Shown here: positions 38,978 through 48,349 of the stretch, piece after piece | How the letters are laid out: the number at the start of each line of letters is the position of its first letter | Position numbering within the stretch: position 1 is the first letter of the stretch | Position numbers and translations under genes: made by a program | The notes under the pieces: model-generated | Databases searched by the model: none | What the model saw: only the letters and a program-made list of their open reading frames with translations | Told to the model about the DNA's origin: nothing | DNA from: Massalongia carnosa | Lineage: Eukaryota | Direction of reading: 5' to 3' | DNA: 64,000 nt | NCBI GenBank assembly: GCA_965645245.1 | Contig: OZ287078.1 | Coordinates: forward strand, 124,001 to 188,000

Positions 38978-40558
38978 TTCTAAGATTCTCTCCACCCTTC
39001 GTATTGACACCGATAACAACAATCCGTTATTCAAGCCTCGAGATATCTACAACATCAAGGCACAGCTGAGACGAGATACTCTAGGTCCTTTAACCCCGGT
39101 TCAGGCATTGATGCAGGAACTTGATCAAAACGACTGGACGTACAACTATCAGAAAGACATTCGCAATCAGATCACCCACTTATTCTTCGTGAGAGGAACA
39201 TCCCAAAGTCTACTGAAGGTCAATCATGAAGTTCTGGTCATGGATTGCACCTACAAAACCAACAGATATAAACTTCCGTTGCTGATCATCAGCGGGCAAA
39301 CGGCCCTACATACTAATTTCTATGTCGCGTTTTGCTTCATGGCAAAGGAGAAGCAGGTGGATTATGAGTGGACATTGGGACAATTGAAGTCGTCGTATGC
39401 GCAGTTGCAACTTCCAGATCCGGTGGTTGTTGTGACCGACATGGAGCGTGGGTTGATGAATGCCGTGCGATTGATCTTTCCCAATACGAATCATCTGCTC
39501 TGTCTTTGGCATATCAACAAGAATGTGACGGCAAATTGCAAGAAAGACTTCAATACCAAAGAAGAATGGGATGACTTCATATCCGCCTGGACTCCTGTTG
39601 TATACGCCGCTTCCAGAGTTGATTACGAGTCGGCGTGGCAGGGAATGAATGACACCTACTATCTAACGCATGGAGAATGTTTGGATTATCTGCGAGAAAC
39701 GTACATCATGTCCTTTCATCGTCGCTTCGTGAAATTTCAAACCGATCAGGTGTTACATTTCGGAACCACAACTACTTCTAGAGGTGAGGGGGGGCACGCA
39801 GCTCTTAAACGTCATCTCGGAGTATCAACAGGTAATGAGTACAACCCTAAGAAACATTCAATACTGACTGAGCTGTAGGAGATTTGAAAACAGTTGTAGA
39901 TGGCATCAACCTACTTCTAATCAACGAGCGACAAAATTACATGATAGCCTTTGACGAAGCGAAGATGCGATACCCTATGGATCTTCGAAAACCAGTTTTC
40001 AATCGCATCGCGGCGTTCGTAACCCCATACGCATTGAGAAGAATGGATGATCAATACAGACTGTTGACGGACCAAGCAACGGCAGTCAATCGTTGCACTG
40101 GAAGCTTTACAACTACTACCGGATTACCATGCAGTCACAAAATGCAGGAACGTTTATTCGGACCTGAGGGATGTCTGATTTTGGAAGATGTCCATCCTCA
40201 TTGGAGGTTTGAAAGATCTTCCTTACCTGATCCAATCAATGATCCAGCTCTCGATCCGCTAGTTCAGGTGGAAGAACCAGCAGTTGTCCAACCTCGAGGA
40301 CGTCCTGCAGGGGCGGAGAATCGTAGACAAGCATTGGACAACTCCACCTATCGGAATCCATCTTAATTCGAAATCGTTGAAGGTGAAATAGCAGAGCAAC
40401 ATGGGAATGAACTGCCAGCGGATATCGAACGAGTTCTGGCAAGAGCCGAGGCTACACCAGCGGGACGCGGGCGCGGGCGCGGGCGCGAGCGACGACGAGA
40501 TGAACGTGAGGTGGCAGGTACTCGTGCCTCATCCAGGCCTGCGACTCAAGCAGCAACT

Positions 40559-40747
40559 AGGGCGGGCAGGGCGGGCAGGGCGGGCAGGGCGGGCAGGGCG
40601 GGCAGGGCGGGCAGGGCGGGCAGGGCGGGCAGGGCGGGCAGGGCGGGCAGGGCGGGCAGGGCGGGCAGGGCGGGCAGGGCGGGCAGGGCGGGCAGGGCGG
40701 GCAGGGCGGGCAGGGCGGACAGGGCGGACAGGGCGGACAAGGCGGAC
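40559..40747 (+). repeat. (AGGGCGGGC)n array
   Basis: 17 perfect units (40559-40711) followed by 4 variant units. Confidence 0.97.
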
Positions 40748-42265
40748 AAGGCGAAAAAGGTCGGCGAGGCGGGCATGGGGGGCAGGGGGGGCAGGGGAAG
40801 AAGGGGTAGGACTGACGAGGCAATTGCGACCGAGTAGCTAGAAGATGTCATCTTATCAATCTTGATGAGATGCAACAGATCAATGCTGAAAACTTCATTG
40901 CCGCATAGTTTTTTCATCTGCTAACCAAGAAAGGTAAAGTGGTGCGAAATGTGCCGGCCCTTTACCTTTTTGGGAAGAGGGTGTATATGTATCAAGTGCC
41001 CGGTGTACATGCATCAAGTGCCCGGTGTACATGCATCCTACCCGGTGTCCCCGTATCCGAACCTTTAATTTAAAGCTCGGGCGGGTGTCGAGTCCGAATT
41101 TTCATTCTTTCGAATTCGACAAGCCAACTGATTTATTTGATTGATATTTGCAGGTGTCTTTTCTACTCCGATAATAGCTTCATGAGAGTTCTGAAGTGCT
41201 ATCGGAGTACCAGGATGAGAAGCAGACGCGATCTCCGTATCAATTCCAACACTAGAGCTTCTTGTGACAGTGGTAGTGGTGCTGATGGTGTTGATGCTAT
41301 CAGTCTTTCGCAACACCGATTGTTTATTAGTCAGTTTCTGAAGCACCAATGACGGATTGAATGGTACTAATCCGGTAGTTCTCCATGCAGTGAGTATGTT
41401 TTTCTCGCCGATTGCTTCCTTTCTTGCCTCTTGAATGATCTTCAAAAAGTCTATCTTGTCAATCGAGCAGACGTTGAACCGGGTGACGACCTCCAGTCGT
41501 TTTTTTATACTCCCAGGACAGAGGCCCAAACACACTTACATCTAGAGGTTGTAGTATATGTGTTGTATGAGGAGGTAAACATAGTAAAATGATTTTCTTT
41601 TCATTGCAGAACTTGATGAATTCGGTAGAAATATGGGAAGCATGACCGTCTACCACAAGAAGTCGATATTCACCGTGTAAATATTTTGCAGTAGCAGGTT
41701 CAAAGCATTTTTTCAACCAATCAAGGCCCAGTTCATTGTCGGTCCATCCATTTTCACTGGTAGCGATTTTACTTTTGACGTTCAAAACATCGTACCAGGC
41801 CTTCTGCTTGTTAACCCCTTTAAAAATGACGAAAAGTGGTAAACTTCGACCGGTGGTGCCAATGGCCTCAGTTAATGAAACCCATTCTCTATTACCTGAT
41901 TGTGCTGAAAAGGCTTGCTTTTCATGTTTTGGAAATTACTACTTTTGCACTACCGGCTACTCCCATCATAAATCCCTTTTCGTCCATGTTGTAAATGTCT
42001 TCATCGAGAATTCCGTGTTTTTGTTTGGTAGAAAGATGAGATGGTTCTATGTCACGTGAGGCCCCTGAGTCAAAGTAAATTAAGAATCAACCCTCTGAAA
42101 ATTCTTTCCTCATTCACTTCTTCTCACTCGGCCTCATCCATCTCACTGACTCGTCGTCGACCCCACGTTGTCTCGGTGCCCCTACCTCGCTGTCAGTGCT
42201 TGCTGCTTTTCCAATCTCACTGACTCGTCGTCGACCTCACGTTGTCTCGGTGCCCCTACCTCCCA

Positions 42266-43279
42266 ATGACGAACACCCTAACCCAAAGCACCTTGATGGA
42301 CGACATAGTCCCCGACCCCCAGGAGATTGTCGGATTGACGCAGGCCCAATCTAATCAAATCTTCGCCCTACAAAAGAAGAAAGCCGAGGCGGAAGCGAAG
42401 GCGGCCGAGGCTGAGGCTAGAATTGCCGAGTCCAAGGCATTGGTCGCCGAGAAGGAGGTGGAAAAAATGCAGCTAGAAATCGACTGCATGCGCCGAGAAT
42501 CTGACGCCCGAATAGCGGCCGTCATTCCTGCTGGCAAGCCGAGTCGTGTCGTCGGCGATGACGACGAGGACCTAGGTGAGATCCCTCTCGAAGTAAGAAG
42601 CATAGCACCCCGTTTCGCGGGCCTACCACAGGACGAGATCATCAAGATCTTTTCAAATAAATTCAAAGCCATCAACCTCTCCCGCCTCCGACACATGCAC
42701 GTCATGCAATACGAGTCATACAAGGATCAAGACCGCATCGGCATCGAAGACGGCGCCTTGAGGTTGAGAAAGGCATCCGGGACCTACAAAGATTTCGGAA
42801 AGACAGTTCATGACGTCTGCACCGAGAGCTTCATCAACTACACCTCGATCATGGTCAGTCTTTTCGGGAAATCGAGTCAACAGCTTCACGCCACCATGTC
42901 GGCATTCCACGGAAAAATCCTCACGCTGGCCAAGGTGTACGAGTGGCAGGAAGCAGTCCTCCCCCTCGCCATCGAAACCCCCACCCACATCATCGCGTCT
43001 CAGCCATCCGACGCATCCCAATGGAAAATGCCCGACGAATTCCAAGCTCGATTCTGCACCCCCCTCACAGTCCTACGCCGTCGCCGCTCACGATCCCCGC
43101 CGTCCCGACGACCGACCCCGAGAGGAGACAGGGCCGAGAGGGCCGAGAAGGCAGCGGGGGAAATCTGCGACAAGTACAACAGCGGCACCTGCACCTGGCC
43201 GTCGTGCTACCGACAGCACAAATGCAAATCGTGCGGCGCGGCTGGGCATGGCCAGAAGACATGCCCAACGAAGAAATAG
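42266..43279 (+). CDS. gag-like ORF1 (coiled coil, C-terminal Cys/His finger)
   Basis: CDKYNSGTCTWPSCYRQHKCKSCGAAGHGQKTC. Confidence 0.8.
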   Translation: MTNTLTQSTLMDDIVPDPQEIVGLTQAQSNQIFALQKKKAEAEAKAAEAEARIAESKALVAEKEVEKMQLEIDCMRRESDARIAAVIPAGKPSRVVGDDDEDLGEIPLEVRSIAPRFAGLPQDEIIKIFSNKFKAINLSRLRHMHVMQYESYKDQDRIGIEDGALRLRKASGTYKDFGKTVHDVCTESFINYTSIMVSLFGKSSQQLHATMSAFHGKILTLAKVYEWQEAVLPLAIETPTHIIASQPSDASQWKMPDEFQARFCTPLTVLRRRRSRSPPSRRPTPRGDRAERAEKAAGEICDKYNSGTCTWPSCYRQHKCKSCGAAGHGQKTCPTKK

Positions 43280-43324
43280 GGGGTTGGTGCAGGAGGCAGT
43301 AGAATAGCTTCAATAGCTGAATTC

Positions 43325-44935
43325 ATGACGTCCCATCCCTGCTTACCTGCACCAATCAGACCAAATACAATCCCTTCGTTTCAACTCGTAGACGCATCTC
43401 GTCAGCGTTTGAAAGACAGCGCATCTCCCCTCGTACCGTCCGCATGGGCAACCCTACTTCAAGAGTATCCGAGCCCCCTCCGAGTCCATCTGCCCATGAT
43501 CCTTCGTTTCGGAGTACAAATCGGATACGAAGGCCCCACAGACATCCTTCGGATCGAAAAAAATCTGACATCAGCGAATGAGGACCCGGAAACGATCGAG
43601 AATAAGCTTCAAGAGGACCTCAGGAAGGGCCGAGTCAGACGAATAGCCGCCCCGAGTCAGCCATTTGTGGCCTCCCCCCTCGGCTTGGTCCCGAAACATG
43701 ACGGAGGATGGCGACGCATTCATCATCTGTCTCATCCCAATCAAACATCAGTCAACGACAACATTCCAGAAGAGGCATCCAAATTACAATACGCCAGACT
43801 CGACGACATTATTCAATTGATTCTGTCAGAGGGCAAAGGTGCTGTCATAGTGAAAAGAGACGTCAAAGACGCCTTTCGAAACGTTCCCGTCGCACCTCAT
43901 CATCAATGGCTTCTGGGTTTCGGATGGAATGACGAATTCTACACCGAGACATGCCTTTCGTTCGGACTGTCGACGGCCCCGTTCATCTTCAATCTTTTTG
44001 CGGAAGGCTTTCATTGGATTTTGGAATCCTTTCTACAATGGAGATTACATCACTATCTAGACGACTTCGTTGCAATGTTCCCATCCGAGACATCGTCAGA
44101 ACGATTGCACCAAGAAACAAAAGCCTACAACATTCTCACCGACATTCTCGGCATCCCGAGAAACGACTCAAAAGACGCCGAGGGAACGACAGCGACAGTC
44201 TTCGGACTCGAGGTCGACACCATCAACAGTCTTATTCGTCTGCCAGCGGCCAAGCTGGAAAAAGCGAGAATCATCACTACAAAGGCACTAAACGAGACGA
44301 CAATCAGCCTCGGCGACATGCAGTCAATAGCGGGCTTCCTAAGCTTCTGCGCACAGGCAGTCAAATTGGGCCGAGTCTTCTTACGATTATTCTGGAATTT
44401 TATAGCCTCATTTCCCTCGGGCAGTCATCGTCGGGTCAAAAGAACAATTCCCACATGGGTCAGACAGGATCTCATCTGGTGGAACAAACTTTTAGTGGAC
44501 TTCAACGGTATTGTCTTCTTCGAGACGTCAACACGAGACACGATCAAGGTGCATACGGATGCATGCCTCACGGGTCTCGGAGGCTATTTTCAACAAGACA
44601 ACGAGCTCGTGAATCAAAAAAACGCATGTAGGGCCCGAGTCCTAGTCCTCAATCAGGAAGAATCACCGAGCATAAACGTCCGAGAAGTCGAGGCTATCCT
44701 TCTAATCCTTCAGAAATGGGCGCCGACATGGCGACATCGACAGATCCTTGTCTTTACCGACAGCAACACAGCATACACAGGATTCACGAATCTAACCCTC
44801 AAGGGACCGGCCAACGCGCCTCTACGAGAAATACTGTCCATAGCTGCAAAGTGGGACATCGTACTACGTTGTCAATGGATCAGTGGCACTTCCAATGGAC
44901 TAGCAGATGCCCTGTCACGTTTTGATGATGAATGA
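43325..44935 (+). CDS. Reverse transcriptase / RNase H
   Basis: PLGLVPK, WRRIHHLS, DVKDAF, FGLSTAP, YLDD, TDAC, ADALSR; the terminal TGA may be slightly premature. Confidence 0.92.
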   Translation: MTSHPCLPAPIRPNTIPSFQLVDASRQRLKDSASPLVPSAWATLLQEYPSPLRVHLPMILRFGVQIGYEGPTDILRIEKNLTSANEDPETIENKLQEDLRKGRVRRIAAPSQPFVASPLGLVPKHDGGWRRIHHLSHPNQTSVNDNIPEEASKLQYARLDDIIQLILSEGKGAVIVKRDVKDAFRNVPVAPHHQWLLGFGWNDEFYTETCLSFGLSTAPFIFNLFAEGFHWILESFLQWRLHHYLDDFVAMFPSETSSERLHQETKAYNILTDILGIPRNDSKDAEGTTATVFGLEVDTINSLIRLPAAKLEKARIITTKALNETTISLGDMQSIAGFLSFCAQAVKLGRVFLRLFWNFIASFPSGSHRRVKRTIPTWVRQDLIWWNKLLVDFNGIVFFETSTRDTIKVHTDACLTGLGGYFQQDNELVNQKNACRARVLVLNQEESPSINVREVEAILLILQKWAPTWRHRQILVFTDSNTAYTGFTNLTLKGPANAPLREILSIAAKWDIVLRCQWISGTSNGLADALSRFDDE

Positions 44936-44946
44936 TTGGCTAACTT

Positions 44947-46110
44947 TTGCCCTCATTGGCAGAACCCATACAATTCGATGAACCTCCCTCCACCTACCTA
45001 TCCTCCACACCAGGGTCAGCCCTGGTAAAACGCCTCGTCTGGCACGGACACTCGGCGGACACGAGAAAAGGGTACGGGACGGCGATCGACTCATACGAGG
45101 CATTCTGCGCGACGACGGGACGCACGTCGTGGCCTGCAACAACCGAGTCCTTCGAGGAATGGCTAGCCGGTCGACTATACGGGGGCGGCACACCCGAGCA
45201 GGGAAAGATAAAACCAGAGACGGCAGCGAGCTACCTCGCCGGCCTCAGATCATACCATGTAGACCGAGGATACGGCCTCACCCCATTCGAGGGGCCGAGA
45301 CTTCAATTGATGCTGAAAGGGGGAAAAAGGATCTTTTCTCAGACAAAAAGAAGACGCCTACCCATTTCAAAAGAATTACTGACAAAAATCACCAGTATTC
45401 CCGCTCATTCGGCCGAAGACCTCAACATCGACGCGACATTCAAAGTTGCATGGGCAGGGTTCCTCAGACTCGGGGAAATCACCTACACTGTCGCCGATCG
45501 TAAGAAGACATCTTTTCAGAGATTGAAACCTACACGAGGTGACATCTCATTCGCCGAGAACGATCAATACGCGACATTACGTCTCAAAAGAAGCAAAACA
45601 GACACAAATCACTCAGGAGTTCAGATAGTGCTGGCAGCGACCAATGAGAGCACTTGCCCCGTGACAGCACTACGGCGTCTTTTCAGAAATGATCCTCAGC
45701 CATCTACATCCCCGCTTTTTCGTCTCGGCACCGCATTCACCAGAGCATCCGTCATAGCATCCCTGAAAAAGAGACTGATAGCCGCCGGCATCAACGACTC
45801 GGCATACTCGGGACACAGCTTCAGAAAAGGAGCAGCACAACACGCCGCCGACCACGGGATGCTGGATGAGAGTATTCAGAGACTCGGAAGATGGTCATCA
45901 AACTCGTTTCAGCTATACTTTCAGACGTCCCAGGCCTCACTATTCAATTTGAACCTCAGTTTTCAAAAAGGCATCCCTCTGGCAGTCCCACGTGCTGTCG
46001 TCGCCGAGACGAATCCTACAAACTCCTACCCCTACTCAATTGGGCATTCCATTGGGCGTACAGGTCAACCAGGGCATCGATCCGGAGCGCCGCCGGGCAC
46101 CTCCATCTAG
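44947..46110 (+). CDS. Tyrosine recombinase
   Basis: FLRLGE, KRSKTD, GHSFRKG, LGRWSS..FQLY; no ATG at the ORF start. Confidence 0.92.
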   Translation: MPSLAEPIQFDEPPSTYLSSTPGSALVKRLVWHGHSADTRKGYGTAIDSYEAFCATTGRTSWPATTESFEEWLAGRLYGGGTPEQGKIKPETAASYLAGLRSYHVDRGYGLTPFEGPRLQLMLKGGKRIFSQTKRRRLPISKELLTKITSIPAHSAEDLNIDATFKVAWAGFLRLGEITYTVADRKKTSFQRLKPTRGDISFAENDQYATLRLKRSKTDTNHSGVQIVLAATNESTCPVTALRRLFRNDPQPSTSPLFRLGTAFTRASVIASLKKRLIAAGINDSAYSGHSFRKGAAQHAADHGMLDESIQRLGRWSSNSFQLYFQTSQASLFNLNLSFQKGIPLAVPRAVVAETNPTNSYPYSIGHSIGRTGQPGHRSGAPPGTSI

Positions 46111-46632
46111 ATCATCGCCGTCGGGCACTGCCGTCGGGCATCATCTATCGGATCGTTGAGCGTCAGCAGACGCCTCGGGCCTAGAAGATGAGGTTCTCAC
46201 CTCAGCACCGACCCCGAGTCACGTGCCTAGGCCTGCCCGGGCTGACCTGTGTCGTTCCCATGCCCAATCAAATTCAAGCATTCAAATCAATTCATCCAAT
46301 TAAAAGCCCCCCCCAGCGCAAGCGAAGGTAACGGCACCGATAAGGGTCATAGAATCTCTGCAGATAGTAAACAAATGAACTATCCTTCCAAATATTCGTA
46401 TTATGCACCAAGGTGATCAAGTCTCTCCCTCCAATAGAAAGCTAGCTAGAAGCGATAGTCGATTAAATGTTCCATGCATACATCATATGCCAGCCGTCCG
46501 CCTGATCTGTATCAGCTTTCTGTAGTATGACTGGCAATTACCTTCAACGACAATCATGCTATTATACCTACACGTGAGTCATACTATTCATGAGTGGGTA
46601 CGTTAATTGATGAAAGCATGATGTGCAATATA

Positions 46633-46751
46633 TGTTGGAATACTCGCTTAGCCCCATTAGTTCTAGCTCAGCCCTGCAAGCTGCCATGACTGCTATAAGG
46701 AGTCACCTCCGTAGTAATTTCAATATTATGCCGTCAACTGTTTATTTAACA
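46633..46751 (+). repeat. Solo LTR of the 156-274 family
   Basis: 119 bp, about 4 mismatches to 156-274, TSD ATATA on both sides. Confidence 0.95.
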
Positions 46752-47249
46752 ATATATTAGAGAAAGATCAAAGCTTGGCACTTGCCCAGCGGAATCAAAC
46801 TTTTGGGGCAATAGTTTCGGTTGAACATTTAACTAACTATCCGGACAAACATGCTAAGTTGTCGAGACTTGGCGCCGTCGCTTAAATCCGCATTGCAAGG
46901 ACATAAAAGTAAACCTTTTATAAGATGTTAAGTTGGCATGATCAAGCGGAAACTTATTAGCGTTTGGCCAGAGCAGGCCACCTACATGAAATGGCCGTAA
47001 TCTTAGATAGTCTTGCGCGCAACCAGGCGGGGGCAGCGAGAAGACTGTGGTCATAAGGAGGTGGGCGAGTGCGGGTATGATAAGCCAAGACAAGAGGGCC
47101 AAAAGTTGCTGACAACAAAGGTGCCTTTATCAAGGTCATCCTAGCCCCATCCTCATGTCCACCGTCATCCCGTTCACGACTCCTTTGTCAATCGCTTTAT
47201 GCATTTCTGTTCACCATTTTGTTTGTCTTCTACCTTTCTGTGTACGGGT

Positions 47250-47900
47250 AAATATGATCTAGCCTGAGGGAGGAAGGTAAAGCTGTGAGTTTAGAAAGAA
47301 GATATATTTATCGTTGCTACTAATGTACATTGTGGATGCCGTGCGGGTTGCTGGTTGGGCTATTATTCTCACTACATCTCTGTAGAACTCTAGCTCCCTG
47401 ATCTTGTGTTCCTCATCAAGTAGCTTGTGACGTTCCTTCTTGACTCGATCAGCATCTTCGGCTAATGTACGGAGCCCTCGGAGAGATTGGCCTGTGATCA
47501 TAAGTTGTGTCTTTCCGGACCTCGTCGTCAAATAAGCCTTTCACGAATGCTTTCATGATTACATCCAAGGTGGCGGATTCCAAAAGAAAAGGCACAGCTA
47601 AGCCTGCTGTCGGACGATCCCTGGCCCCAACACGAAGCATGAGGGCTGTGTTTATAATAGGAGGTAATGGGCTCGTCGGGCTTTCGCTTCAGCTCACTAA
47701 TTTCTATATCGAAACTCACCGTGAAGGAGTCAATGGATCTTGCAGGGAATCTTCCCCGAATAGATTCCGGAAAGCAAGGGCAGTCTCCGCTGTGAGCTCC
47801 TCGTCTGTGAGGAGGTGGGCGGCATCCGGGTTTGTTTCTGCTCACTCGGCAGTTTCGTCCGTGAGCAGTGGGTTGATGCATTCTAGAAGTGTTGCTGGAG
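47250..47900 (-). pseudogene. Degenerate retrotransposon gag-like remnant
   Basis: Frameshifted pieces ELKRKPDEPITSYY / KAFVKGLFDDEVR / SLRGL.TLAEDA. Confidence 0.45.
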
Positions 47901-48100
47901 GGACCGCACCATTCATCCGATGCGGGGTAAGCTCATATTCAACTTCTTGGCTGCGAATATGTTATCGCAGCCATGTTAGTCAGCTGGGACGCTAATAGGA
48001 AGCCAGGTGTGCACACCATTCAAAGCATTCCGCCTCGTATAACAGGCTCGAACGAGATGTAACACCGCCATCCGTCCTTGATCCGCCGAGTCTTTCAGAC

Positions 48101-48349
48101 TTCATCTCAATCGATTGTAAATCTATTCAATGCATCTTCTGCCTTGGCAAGGAAGGATTACCGGCAGTGACACGCCTGAAATCCTTTCACAGCCGGGGTG
48201 ATCTAAAAACTCACTTTCACCGCAAACATCTTCGTCGTCACTCCAACAGCAAGTTGATAGCATGCCCTCATCTAAGGTGTAATGTTGATCTGCAAGGCAA
48301 AATGCATTTGCAGAATCATGCTGCATTGATGCATAAGACACTTCTTTGA
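48101..48349 (+). pseudogene. C-terminal double zinc-finger fragment resembling the end of DUF3435 (Starship captain-type) recombinases
   Basis: CKSIQCIFCLG..LP..RLKSF..GDLKTHFHRKHL...CPHLRC...HLQNHAALMH*; family from recognition only. Confidence 0.55.

Larger units (their letters stand above)
34316..40837 (+). pseudogene. MULE transposase (FAR1-like + DDE), split by a YR element
   Basis: 34316-34726 joins in frame to 38979; MDCTYKTN, VTDME, CLWH, TTSRGEG, GLPCSH; intron 39832-39878; premature TAA at 40364. Confidence 0.9.
34102..41064 (+). mobile_element. Mutator-like (MULE) DNA transposon
   Basis: About 155-bp TIRs (34102-34256 / 40909-41064) with an internal 20-bp tandem repeat; imperfect TSD TTTATTTA / TTAATTTA. 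Confidence 0.95.
33363..42030 (-). mobile_element. Fot1/pogo transposon (5' part missing), interrupted by the MULE
   Basis: TA-ACGTAA terminus at 33361-33368; NMDEKGF, NGWTDNE, LLVVDGHASH, PPHTTHILQPLD at 41.0-42.0 kb; frame ...RALN|KLIK... rejoins across the MULE. Confidence 0.88.
42045..46354 (+). mobile_element. Near-intact YR retrotransposon of a second family
   Basis: Three long ORFs gag, RT-RH, YR; candidate inverted ends TTCTATG / CATAGAA (boundaries approximate); about 49-bp direct repeat in the leader (about 42140 and 42214). Confidence 0.9.

Noticed and set aside
40546..40917. (PAL)n and (PPC)n ORFs
   Set aside because: Alternative frames of the 9-bp repeat
34908..46110. Phage integrase plus RT read as prophage, retron or DGR
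   Set aside because: gag / RT-RNase H / YR layout and eukaryotic context fit YR retrotransposons; no template/variable repeat pair seen
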